A model generated the notes under the pieces. It was not told where the DNA came from. It saw only the letters and a program-made list of their open reading frames with translations, and searched no databases. A program made the translations under genes and the position numbers. Source: Candidatus Parcubacteria bacterium (GTDB lineage: Bacteria; Patescibacteriota; Minisyncoccia; Phycocordibacterales; CAIZLB01). From it: 64,000 bases of DNA. The DNA lies in NCBI GenBank assembly GCA_039795775.1, contig JBDKLC010000005.1, forward strand, positions 312,638 to 376,637. Direction: 5' to 3'. This document shows, piece after piece, positions 1-9,163 of the stretch (position 1 is the first letter of the stretch; each line of letters opens with the position of its first letter).

Positions 1-1602
1 AGCTCCATATGCGTATGAGTACACATAGAAGTATCGTCGGATATGTGACCACTGGGCAAACATATATCCATCAAGTTCCTTAAACTTCATGACAGGACCA
101 ATGTATTGCTGCATGTGCTTGTTGTGCGATTGAGCGATTTCTTCTTTTGACAAAGAGCCCTTTTCTCGAATTTGCTTGTGAAGATTAAGTTCGAAATTGA
201 AACATGCGATTTGTCGGAATACTGTAGAGATATAATCCTGAATTCTGTCGTGCAAAGCAACAATTTTTTCTTTATCTGAAAGCGTTTTGAGCACTTCTTC
301 AAACGCGAGGTTTTCAAAGAATGTACTCGCAACTTCTGCTACTGAAGTAGTGTAGTGCTGATACATAGTCCGTGGCTTTTTAGAAAGCTCTGTATGAATA
401 GCATGACCCATTTCGTGAGCAAGTGTCATCACTGCATCTGTACTTGGTACGTGGTTGAGCATGACCAATGTAGGAACATTACTTCCTCCCCAGCAATATG
501 CTCCACCTTCTTTACCCTTTTTTGGATGCACATCTATCTGTCCATTTTTTACCATTGAATCAAGAATATCTACATATCGAGTACCTGCTCGGGCAAAACC
601 TTGTCGAGTGAGCTGTAGAGCTTCGTCAAAACTTACTTTCTTTTCAGTTTTTCCAATACCAACACCTCGATCTGCATATTCCAATGAAGGAAGCTTAAGA
701 AGTTTCGCCTTTAGTTTGTAGAATTTTTTACTGATAGTAAATCCTTTTGTAACAGTGTCTACAAGGGCCATAATTGCCTTTTCATCGTTTTGATAGCCCT
801 TAATTGTTGCACTATATGGATGTTCGTAGCCTCTGAGTTCGTCGTTTATCTTTTTATTTGTATAAATTGCGTTAATTTCATGTTCAGCAAAGTATGAGAC
901 GTTCTTTAAAGTCTCATTTACTAGATCTTGTAGTTTTCGTCGGTCCTTTGTTGGTAACTGTCCAATACTGTTTGTGGCTTCAGCGAGAGACATGACTTTA
1001 CCCTTGAATGTAACAGTCTGTGCTGAACGAACTTTAGCAAAACCATCTACCCACATATCGAATGCTGGTCTATTCTTGAGGCTCATTATTTTTTCCTCTG
1101 CTTCAGTTAGGTTGTAGCGCGCACCTTCGAATACTGTTTGGAGGTAGTATGTATAATCATTCAAAACTGGGCTTGTAAGAAACTTCTTTTGCTGTTCTTT
1201 TGAAATTTTTCCGAGTTTAATTTCAAAAAACAAAATGAGGTTTGAAGCCTTTGTTAATCGTGGTTCGAGCAATCCCACTTTTGCTGTAAGTGCACTGTTT
1301 TGACTTTCTACACTGAGTCGATTGTAGAGATAAAACATTGGTCGAGATGAACCAACCGTTTCAGTCATTTTTTCTAGGTCGAGGAGAGCTGTATATAATG
1401 CTTGTTCATCAGAAAGATAGTCATCTTTTTTTGCATAAGTATCAGCAAACGTCTTAAACGCGCGCTCAATAGTCTGTATATCAGCTTCAATGTTAGGGTC
1501 TTTTTCGTTTTTGTATAGCAAGGTGAAATCCCATTCTGTTTTATAGTCGGGTTTGCTTGTTTTTGTAGTAGTTGATCGATTTGTGGATGGCGATTTTTTC
1601 AT
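1..1602 (-). CDS. pepF: Oligoendopeptidase F (M3 family metallopeptidase), C-terminus truncated by window edge
   Basis: Long minus-strand ORF starting at 1602 and running off the window. The translation carries the HEXXH zinc motif (LAHEMGHAIH) and overall M3/PepF-like sequence. It is not in the ORF track because it has no in-window stop. Confidence 0.8.
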   Translation of the reverse strand, partial: MKKSPSTNRSTTTKTSKPDYKTEWDFTLLYKNEKDPNIEADIQTIERAFKTFADTYAKKDDYLSDEQALYTALLDLEKMTETVGSSRPMFYLYNRLSVESQNSALTAKVGLLEPRLTKASNLILFFEIKLGKISKEQQKKFLTSPVLNDYTYYLQTVFEGARYNLTEAEEKIMSLKNRPAFDMWVDGFAKVRSAQTVTFKGKVMSLAEATNSIGQLPTKDRRKLQDLVNETLKNVSYFAEHEINAIYTNKKINDELRGYEHPYSATIKGYQNDEKAIMALVDTVTKGFTISKKFYKLKAKLLKLPSLEYADRGVGIGKTEKKVSFDEALQLTRQGFARAGTRYVDILDSMVKNGQIDVHPKKGKEGGAYCWGGSNVPTLVMLNHVPSTDAVMTLAHEMGHAIHTELSKKPRTMYQHYTTSVAEVASTFFENLAFEEVLKTLSDKEKIVALHDRIQDYISTVFRQIACFNFELNLHKQIREKGSLSKEEIAQSHNKHMQQYIGPVMKFKELDGYMFAQWSHIRRYFYVYSYAYGA

Positions 1603-1629
1603 GCCAAAACTATAGCATAGGCTGTGCAC

Positions 1630-2262
1630 CTAGGAAATAATCTTTTTCATAACTTTAAAATCAGCCAAAAGAGTACTTTGCATGCTGCCGTTGTAGAGGG
1701 CTACGGCTGGATGATAGAGAGGTACGATCTGTACAGAGCCGTAGCGGGTCTTTGCGGTGAAGCTTCTGCCATGCATCTGTGAGATTGGTTCTATCTGATT
1801 ATGTAGACCAAATCGCTCCATCACATACACCATCGAAAAACGACCAAGAGTTGCTATCACTTGTGGTTGGATTATATCTATCTGTCGATCAAGAAACACC
1901 CCATATGCAGCAATTTCATCTGGTTTGGGGTCACGATTGTCTGTAGGTCTATCATTTACAATATTTGTAATATAGATGTCCTCACGTTTGAGTTGTACTG
2001 AGTCCAGCAATTTATCCAAAAACTTTCCTGAAGCACCACAAAAAGGCCGCCCTGTAAGCGATTCTTTTTTGCCAGGTGCTTCACCAACAAACATGATTTT
2101 TGCAAAATGACTTCCCTCTCCTATAACTGGAAATGTATTGTTAGCTCGGCGTTCATCTGCGAGTGCTGTATCAATGGCTACAACACCTTCACGAACGAGA
2201 TTGATAGCATCAGCTCGAGCTTGCAATGCGGCTTTGGTAGGTTGTGATGACTTTTTCGCCAT
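1630..2262 (-). CDS. Uracil-DNA glycosylase, family 4
   Basis: Family-4 UDG motifs: GEAPG near the N-terminus, a GRPFCGASG-like segment and a C-terminal HPA(V)ALY region. Confidence 0.85.
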   Translation of the reverse strand: MAKKSSQPTKAALQARADAINLVREGVVAIDTALADERRANNTFPVIGEGSHFAKIMFVGEAPGKKESLTGRPFCGASGKFLDKLLDSVQLKREDIYITNIVNDRPTDNRDPKPDEIAAYGVFLDRQIDIIQPQVIATLGRFSMVYVMERFGLHNQIEPISQMHGRSFTAKTRYGSVQIVPLYHPAVALYNGSMQSTLLADFKVMKKIIS

Positions 2263-2290
2263 AATTTGGCCATTATATCGCAGTGCCGGC

Positions 2291-3799
2291 TTACGCAGAA
2301 GGAGATGTACCGATTGCTACGACTTTCAAGTTCCCCATTCTTTCGATGAAGTATCTATCGTGACTTACAACAATAAGCGTACCCTCATATTCTTTGAGGG
2401 CTTCTTCGAGCGACTCTAATACTTCAAAATCGAGGTGGTTTGATGGTTCATCGAGGATGATGCAATTTACATTTTTGCACATAAGTACTGCCAATATAAA
2501 TCGTGACCGTTCACCAGAACTGAGTTCAGATATTTTTTTATTAACATCTTCTGCAGAAATCTTAAATCGATGAAGAGTTTTTCGAGCAATGCCCTCTTCA
2601 AGCTCAGTGAGTCTTAAGAATTCATCTCGTACTGTAGCGTCAGGAAGGACATCTTCTACTTGTGGCAGGTATCCGATATGAAGTCGTGCACCTTTTACGA
2701 GCATCCCACTCGTCGGAGTGAGCGTTCCGAGGAGCATTTTAATGAGCGTCGTCTTTCCAATGCCATTAGGTCCAGTGAAAAGAACTCTATCTCCATAGTT
2801 GATGGTCAGATTAATTGGTCCAAGTGTGTGGTGTGGAAGTTTCTTTGTCACATCCTTGAGATCAAATACTTTATCTCCACTTCGTTCTTCACTATAAAAC
2901 CGTACATTGAGTGGCAATGGTTCTTTCGGCTTTTCAATTTCTTCCATTCGTTCGAGTCTGTCGCCCAGTCGCTTTGCACCTTGCTGATAGGCAGTTTGAC
3001 CTTGTCGTACTTTGAAGTTGTATAGGTTTTTGTCGTTATCTCTTGGTTCAGCATTTCCAATATCTACAGCCCGTCGTAGTTTTTGGTCGATAATTTCTTC
3101 GATATGTCCACGCTTCTCGACGTCGTCAGAGTAGGCTTCCCAGGCACGCTCAAGTCGGGCTGTACGTTCTTGAATGTACGAACTGTAATTTCCTTCATAT
3201 ACGTGTAGATTTTTTTCAAATTCATCGATTTCAAATATTCTCGATACTGTTGCGTCGAGGAATGCTCGATCATGTGAAATGATTAAAAATGTTTTTGAGC
3301 TTTTCTTAATATAATCTTCAAGAAATGAAAGTGCTGCGATATCAAGGTTGTTTGTTGGTTCATCAAGAAGAAGAATATCCTGCTTGGCCATCATGATCCG
3401 GGTGAGGGCTACTTTTGTTTTTTCACCCCCACTTAGCGTACCAATCTCACGGTTAAGAATACTTGAAGATAAGTTCAACTTTTTGAACACTTTTTCAATC
3501 GCATCTTTTGCAAGTACAGTTCCAATAAAATCTTCTACCGTAGAACTATTCAATTCAGAGAATTCTTGAGGGATATATCCAATAGTGATTTTTGGTGAGA
3601 GAGTTACGATACCTTCATCTTGCTGAAGTTGAGCTGAAAGAATTCTCAAGAGCGTAGACTTCCCAGAGCCGTTTGGACCGACAAGACCAATTTTTTCACC
3701 CTTTTGAATTGAGAGATTAATATTTTTGAGTACAGGAAAAGTCTCGTATGACTTACATACGTTTGTTGAACTTATAATTGGTTTATTTTGAATAGACAT
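2291..3799 (-). CDS. ABC-F family ATPase (two tandem ABC cassettes, no transmembrane domain)
   Basis: Two Walker A motifs (GPNGSGKST, GPNGIGKTT) and two ABC signature motifs (LSGGEKTKV, LSSGERSRF) in one soluble 502-aa protein. Confidence 0.85.
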   Translation of the reverse strand: MSIQNKPIISSTNVCKSYETFPVLKNINLSIQKGEKIGLVGPNGSGKSTLLRILSAQLQQDEGIVTLSPKITIGYIPQEFSELNSSTVEDFIGTVLAKDAIEKVFKKLNLSSSILNREIGTLSGGEKTKVALTRIMMAKQDILLLDEPTNNLDIAALSFLEDYIKKSSKTFLIISHDRAFLDATVSRIFEIDEFEKNLHVYEGNYSSYIQERTARLERAWEAYSDDVEKRGHIEEIIDQKLRRAVDIGNAEPRDNDKNLYNFKVRQGQTAYQQGAKRLGDRLERMEEIEKPKEPLPLNVRFYSEERSGDKVFDLKDVTKKLPHHTLGPINLTINYGDRVLFTGPNGIGKTTLIKMLLGTLTPTSGMLVKGARLHIGYLPQVEDVLPDATVRDEFLRLTELEEGIARKTLHRFKISAEDVNKKISELSSGERSRFILAVLMCKNVNCIILDEPSNHLDFEVLESLEEALKEYEGTLIVVSHDRYFIERMGNLKVVAIGTSPSA

Positions 3800-3968
3800 A
3801 CACGCGACGACCTTTATGGGCCGTAAATTAGCTAATAAGTTGTATTAGTTGCGTGTAATCATGGGTAAAATAGTTAAGTTGTGCTAATTGTAGCAAGTAT
3901 TGTCTGTGTTGCAAAATTCACCTCGAAACTATGCTCGACGTTTGAATATATATAAATATCAACAAAGT

Positions 3969-3995
3969 AAAAAGTAGGAATATTTCCTACTTTTT
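3969..3995. terminator. Palindromic bidirectional intrinsic terminator (A-tract, GTAGGAAT/ATTCCTAC hairpin, T-tract), copy 1 of 5
   Basis: Perfect palindrome AAAAAGTAGGAATATTTCCTACTTTTT, immediately downstream of the minus-strand gene 4042..4860. Confidence 0.7.
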
Positions 3996-4041
3996 ACTTT
4001 ATACTAGTTTGAGGTATTTATTGAATTGAACTGAAAAATTA

Positions 4042-4860
4042 CTATACCTTCTTTTTAGATTTAGTTTCTTTCCCCTCTGCTGCTAATTTTGGTTTATGAC
4101 TCAAAAAATGGTCTTTAAACGCATTGCCTGCATCTGTTCGATATCGGCAGTAGTCACATGTAGCGCTTTCTTTTGGAATAGCATCAGAATCGAGGCATTC
4201 CTTGATTCTGCCAAGCGTATCATCAATCCAGTCTGCATTTCCCTTGTATGGAATGACTTTAATATTAAATTCAAGGCGTGAATCAAAACCGTCTCGGTCT
4301 TTTGTAGCATTTGCGTATACGAAGTATCCAGTATCAGATACATCAAAGCCACGGTTACGTAAAAGCCACTGATATACCTCCATTTGCCGTTTATAGCCGT
4401 CTTGCCACTCTGCATCGAGATTTACCTCACTATCCTTACTTGTCGACTTATAATCGACTACAATCAATTCTCCTTTCTTATTTATCCAAACATCATCTAC
4501 TGCACCAAAGATCAAAAAGTTTGTTGGTTCATGGTAAAACTGAACACCAACAAAGTTTTCTCGCCATGTATCCATTTCGTCATGTGCGAACGGAATAGCA
4601 TCGATTTTGTTTTCTGACATAAGTGGATGGGCCGTAGAGTCAGCACGGTGGACATCAAACTCTTTTTTCAAAAGATGATCTACAGCACTGTTGAGGTTGA
4701 AGGGAAAACTAGCAGGGCGGCCAACACCTAATCGACGGTCAAGATAAAAACACCGTGGACACTCAATAAACATATCGATTTTTGATCGACTGAGTTTGAA
4801 TTGCTCCTTACTTTTAGGGTCGTATTTTTTGACCCATTTTTTGCCAGTTGAAAATGCCAT
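4042..4860 (-). CDS. PD-(D/E)xK nuclease, Cas4/RecB-like, with four Cys (putative Fe-S staple)
   Basis: IVVDYKS and EVYQW (D/ExK) core. N-terminal CPRC and C-terminal CDYC cysteine pairs fit the Cas4/AddB-type Fe-S nuclease architecture. Separated by 2 nt from the upstream gene. Confidence 0.65.
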   Translation of the reverse strand: MAFSTGKKWVKKYDPKSKEQFKLSRSKIDMFIECPRCFYLDRRLGVGRPASFPFNLNSAVDHLLKKEFDVHRADSTAHPLMSENKIDAIPFAHDEMDTWRENFVGVQFYHEPTNFLIFGAVDDVWINKKGELIVVDYKSTSKDSEVNLDAEWQDGYKRQMEVYQWLLRNRGFDVSDTGYFVYANATKDRDGFDSRLEFNIKVIPYKGNADWIDDTLGRIKECLDSDAIPKESATCDYCRYRTDAGNAFKDHFLSHKPKLAAEGKETKSKKKV

Positions 4861-4862
4861 GA

Positions 4863-5732
4863 TTATGAATTCATTATAGACCCAATTTCCTCTAACATAC
4901 TAACTATCTTAGATTCGCTGAATCCGAGATCCTTTAGTTGTTGTGAGCTATTGTACACACTCCTACAGAGTACCATTTTGTGAGTAATGAGAAGCTGTTT
5001 TTCAGCTGGTGTGATTGTTGTGAGAGCTGTCACTGGGTGCAGCTTTGTCTCTTCGATCATATCTCTGAGGTTTCCAACCAGCGGATAATCCCAACTCATC
5101 ATATTGAGTTTGTTACATTCACCATACTTGATAGCTGTTTCTGTGAACTTTGTGTTTGTAATAAGCCATCCTTCTGCAAGTTTTCGAGGCATTTTTCCAT
5201 AGTCGTAAACGTTACTTGCAAGATCTTCATACCGAGCCTTTACATAAAGCGCAACTTTGAGATCGGTCTTACCTGAAGGTTCATTGTGATATTTCACTTC
5301 AGCCATAATGAGTTTATTTTGATTCCAAGCAACAACATCCACTTCGTGAGGAACGCAACTACCAAAGACTACTTGTCCTGTAAGGGCTTCAAAACCTTTT
5401 GCTTTGAACAACTCAGTGACATAAACCTCAAATGGAAAACCAGTTGGACCAAATTCCATAAGAGATCGTCGGAGCGAATATCGGAGCGCCGCGGGTCGAG
5501 CACGTTCTTTGAGCTCATGAAATGCTTTTTTATAAATATCAGACGCTGTTGTATCAATAATCTGATGTTCTGAGATCTGGTGAACAATAGATTTTACGAC
5601 ACTTTCAGCGACATGCTCATCTGCACCTGATTTTATGAGAGAGGTTTTTAATTTGCTTGTCTGAAACTCTTCTTTACTACCGTCTTCTTTTTGGATGTAT
5701 ATCTTTGATTGCATACTACGAAAGTATACCAC
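4863..5732 (-). CDS. ATP-cone domain fused to Mrr-like PD-(D/E)xK restriction-endonuclease domain
   Basis: N-terminal ATP-cone-like segment (KIYIQKEDGSKEEF...KLKTSLIKSG). Downstream HEVDVVAW...AEVKY nuclease core. Overlaps the mnmA 3' end by 17 nt. Confidence 0.6.
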   Translation of the reverse strand: MVYFRSMQSKIYIQKEDGSKEEFQTSKLKTSLIKSGADEHVAESVVKSIVHQISEHQIIDTTASDIYKKAFHELKERARPAALRYSLRRSLMEFGPTGFPFEVYVTELFKAKGFEALTGQVVFGSCVPHEVDVVAWNQNKLIMAEVKYHNEPSGKTDLKVALYVKARYEDLASNVYDYGKMPRKLAEGWLITNTKFTETAIKYGECNKLNMMSWDYPLVGNLRDMIEETKLHPVTALTTITPAEKQLLITHKMVLCRSVYNSSQQLKDLGFSESKIVSMLEEIGSIMNS

Positions 5733-6798
5733 CGCCTATGCACTTCGAACCACTGTAGATAACTATAGATTGTCCTGGTGTAAGGGCCGTCTGCGGTTGA
5801 TCAAAAGAAACTGAATATTGTCCGCTGTTTCCTTTTGAAATACGACATGTTTGTTTTTGCTGTCTGTATCGCGATCGAGCTTCATATGATTTTGTAAGGT
5901 CTGGTTCAGTAATAGTCCAATTTACAGATGTAAGTTCAACTGTTTTTGGCATATAATCTCCTTTTTTAAAAATATCTTGTGGCACTACCGTAATTATGTT
6001 TTTTTCGAGGTCTTTTGCAACAATATAATGAGGTGTGTCATCTGGTCGAGTGATTGTCAGTCGGAAACCATGTCGTTCACCAATTGTATACAAGAGTGAA
6101 CCGTCATGTTCGCCTATGATTGCTCCATGTGCATCAAGTACGGCCCCCTTTTCTGTTTGTATATATTCCTTTAAGAACTCCTTCATATCTACATGCCCGA
6201 GGAAGCAGATTCCCTGACTGTCTTTTTTATCAAATACTGGCAACTTATATTTCTCAGCAAGTTTTCGAACCTCAGGCTTTAGCAAGTGACCAATTGGGAA
6301 CAATGTGTGTTTGAGGTCCTTCTGATTGAGGGTCCATAAGAAATAGCTTTGATCTTTGTTAGGATCTTTTCCTTCGTGCATTTCACTTGCTTCTAGCGTC
6401 ACTATATTTTGAGCATAGTGACCTGTAGCGATAAAATCCGCACCTTGTTTCAGTGCCTCATCAAGAAACGAGCCGAATTTAATCTGCCGATTACACATCA
6501 CATCTGGGTTAGGAGTTCGCCCAAGCTTGTATTCGTTGATCATATAGTCCACTACGTCTTTTTTGTATCGTTCTGCAAAATCAAACGTAAGAAATGTAAT
6601 ATCAAGAGCCGCTGCTACGCGCATTGCATCTCGTCGTTCATCTTTCCATGTGCATTCGCCATTTTCTGGCTGCCATACTTTTATAAAAACACCTGTCACA
6701 TCGTAGCCTGCCAATTTCAAAAGAAGTGCTGATACAGAAGAATCAACACCGCCAGACATACCAACAAATACTTTAGGTTTTTTTGAAATACTCTTCAT
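5716..6798 (-). CDS. mnmA: tRNA-specific 2-thiouridylase MnmA
   Basis: PP-loop SGGVDSS at the N-terminus, MnmA-length protein, conserved catalytic-Cys context. Confidence 0.9.
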   Translation of the reverse strand: MKSISKKPKVFVGMSGGVDSSVSALLLKLAGYDVTGVFIKVWQPENGECTWKDERRDAMRVAAALDITFLTFDFAERYKKDVVDYMINEYKLGRTPNPDVMCNRQIKFGSFLDEALKQGADFIATGHYAQNIVTLEASEMHEGKDPNKDQSYFLWTLNQKDLKHTLFPIGHLLKPEVRKLAEKYKLPVFDKKDSQGICFLGHVDMKEFLKEYIQTEKGAVLDAHGAIIGEHDGSLLYTIGERHGFRLTITRPDDTPHYIVAKDLEKNIITVVPQDIFKKGDYMPKTVELTSVNWTITEPDLTKSYEARSRYRQQKQTCRISKGNSGQYSVSFDQPQTALTPGQSIVIYSGSKCIGGGILS

Positions 6799-6828
6799 AG
6801 AAGATATGCCAGACTGAGCCTATGAAAT

Positions 6829-7821
6829 TTACTTTAGATACTTATTCTTAAGGCGTACATGCTCATCATGAGTCTTAGCAAAATGAGTTATACCATCTTT
6901 ATCCGAAAGAAAGAAGAGGTAGTCGTTTGGAATGGGGCGAAGTGCAGCCTCGATACTTTGAATTCCTGGATTTGAAATCGGTGTTGGAGGAAGACCTTTA
7001 TTTGTGTAGGTGTTATAAGGTGAATTCACTTTGAGGTCATTTAGTGTAAGTTGAGCCGATGTTTTTCCGTTTACATATGTAAATGTGCTATCTACCTGAA
7101 GCGGCATTCCAATTTCTATTCTTCGCCACAAAAGATCTGCAACCATTTTTCTGTCTTGTTCTGTTTGTACCTCACCTTCTAGGATTGAAGCCATAATAAT
7201 AATATCTTTCATACTATGCGATGAACTAGCAATTTCCTGCTCATACGGCTTCAATTGCTTTTTAAAAATACTGCCCATCATAGTAATAATCATTTCAGAC
7301 GATGCTTTGGGCGGAAAGAAATACGTATTTGGAAAGAGATATCCTTCTTTACCCTGTATTGATACTAAGAATGAATCTCGATCAATATCTGGGAACTTCT
7401 CATGGATAACGTCGGCTATCTTAAATACATTTGTACCTTCAGGAATTGTGACTTTTGTTGGAATATATCCATAATCACCATTCACCACACGTCGGGCAAT
7501 ACGAATGACATTCTGAGGTTTATTAAATTCATACATTCCTGCTGATATTTTGTGTTCACCACCGAGGAGAATAATTGCACTTCGAAGTACGATGCTAGAT
7601 TTCACAACCCCTCTGTCTCTCAGTTCATTAGCAATACTAGTAAGACTTTGTCCTGATTCGATTTGGACTGTTGTGCCGGCCACAAAGTTAAATGGAGCAG
7701 CAAATACAAATGTATAAATAATAGAAGCAAATGTAATGATGACGAACGTGAAAACACTAATGAACGCCACTAGTAAGAAACTTAAAGATTTTTTCTTTTT
7801 AGGGATATAGAGATCGTCCAT
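6829..7821 (-). CDS. mltG: Endolytic murein transglycosylase MltG/YceG family
   Basis: N-terminal TM helix and a YceG-like domain with the GLPPTPISNP motif. Start moved to the internal Met (MDDLY) to avoid overlap with the upstream gene. Confidence 0.8.
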   Translation of the reverse strand: MDDLYIPKKKKSLSFLLVAFISVFTFVIITFASIIYTFVFAAPFNFVAGTTVQIESGQSLTSIANELRDRGVVKSSIVLRSAIILLGGEHKISAGMYEFNKPQNVIRIARRVVNGDYGYIPTKVTIPEGTNVFKIADVIHEKFPDIDRDSFLVSIQGKEGYLFPNTYFFPPKASSEMIITMMGSIFKKQLKPYEQEIASSSHSMKDIIIMASILEGEVQTEQDRKMVADLLWRRIEIGMPLQVDSTFTYVNGKTSAQLTLNDLKVNSPYNTYTNKGLPPTPISNPGIQSIEAALRPIPNDYLFFLSDKDGITHFAKTHDEHVRLKNKYLK

Positions 7822-7828
7822 GTAGTGA

Positions 7829-9082
7829 TTAGATAGGTAGGTTTGCTGGAGGTTCTGACTTCTTTGCCTGTACTCGACTGAGAGTTGGAGTTCGAGAGAC
7901 ATCGCCTGGGAAGTGGTAAATAGTAGCTAATTCTTCAATATTCATCACAAATGGATCTGATTTGTAACCAACTGGAATATACTCAGCCACAAAGAATGCT
8001 CGTGCCTTATACTTATCAAACAATTCTTTTTTCATCTTTTGAACCTTCTTGCCTGATCGATCTTGCCATGGATATTTTACGCCTGGAGCTTTATCTGGCT
8101 TAAAGCCGTTGAGATTTGAACTATTGTACTGTCGGAATGCACCTGTAAGTCCAGAGATCATAGAAGACCGATATGCATCTTTTCGCGCAGCATAAATACT
8201 TCGAATACCGCAATCGAATGGTGTCTTCGCCAAACTTTTTTCGATAGCATCCACAGCGTCCTTTTCTCCCTTACTGAGCTGCATTGTATTTGGATTGACT
8301 GGTTTATCTGCTTTAACCTCAACATCTCGCTTCATTCGCTTTTTGAGGTCTTCTGCAGCATCATGTTTCCAGTCTACGAGTTCCCCCCACTTGCCACCAG
8401 GTTTCTGTTTGTGCTTTACATGAGCTCTCACACAAATCTGAATCCATGCTTGCTCGCCTGGTTTGAGAGAACCAAGAAATTCAATCAATGTCGTGATAGG
8501 GTCGATTTTTACTTCTTCTTTTGGATCTTTGTCGAGACCGTAATCTACGTATGTCTTGATAGGAAGATGTGATGGGCCCGTCTTTATAAATTCACAGCCC
8601 CAAAAATCATACTTTTCAGCATTAAATTCAATAGCGTTTGTATAGTCTGCAACTTCTGTTATTTCAATATCAGGAAACTGACCATAGAGCTGAGTTTCAA
8701 TCATGTCTTTAAACTTGTCTCGAGTCCAAATGAAAAATCGAACCACTCCGTCTATAGAAGTAACTTCAAGTGAAAACCATGGTCGAGTAGACCCATTCCA
8801 GTATTTATCAAACCAGTTACCTTCACCTCCTGTCTGATAGAGCGATGTCATGAAGAGCTCCATGGCAAGTGGAGATTTGGTGATACCACGAGGGATCTTG
8901 AGTTCGAGTACTTTATACTTTTGCGCAGCGAAGAATGTTGCACGCACAAAGGCCACCCAGTTTTTCCAAAATGATCTGAGTAATAAGTACGGAAATAAGA
9001 GTACGATAAAGAGCAGCACAAATTGAAATGCTGAGAATATGATAGGTCCAATTGCTTCTCGAAATGTAATAGCTGCGTCCAC
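7829..9082 (-). CDS. Hypothetical membrane-anchored protein (417 aa)
   Basis: Long ORF with an N-terminal hydrophobic segment and no recognisable catalytic motifs. Confidence 0.55.
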   Translation of the reverse strand: MDAAITFREAIGPIIFSAFQFVLLFIVLLFPYLLLRSFWKNWVAFVRATFFAAQKYKVLELKIPRGITKSPLAMELFMTSLYQTGGEGNWFDKYWNGSTRPWFSLEVTSIDGVVRFFIWTRDKFKDMIETQLYGQFPDIEITEVADYTNAIEFNAEKYDFWGCEFIKTGPSHLPIKTYVDYGLDKDPKEEVKIDPITTLIEFLGSLKPGEQAWIQICVRAHVKHKQKPGGKWGELVDWKHDAAEDLKKRMKRDVEVKADKPVNPNTMQLSKGEKDAVDAIEKSLAKTPFDCGIRSIYAARKDAYRSSMISGLTGAFRQYNSSNLNGFKPDKAPGVKYPWQDRSGKKVQKMKKELFDKYKARAFFVAEYIPVGYKSDPFVMNIEELATIYHFPGDVSRTPTLSRVQAKKSEPPANLPI

Positions 9083-9163
9083 GTGTCTATTTTAACTTGT
9101 TATCTGCCAAGACGGAAGAGGAAAAGAAAAGACCTCGATATGCTCGGGGTCTTTTTCTTCAAA

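Noticed and set aside
2138-3025. Plus-strand ORFs (2138..2419, 2660..3025, 3348..3569) inside the ABC-F and UDG genes.
   Set aside because: They lie fully within well-supported minus-strand genes. They are low-complexity antisense frames with no motifs. The same reasoning applies to the other short antisense ORFs in the track, for example 11233..11619, 38547..38983, 52540..53220 and 55068..55532.
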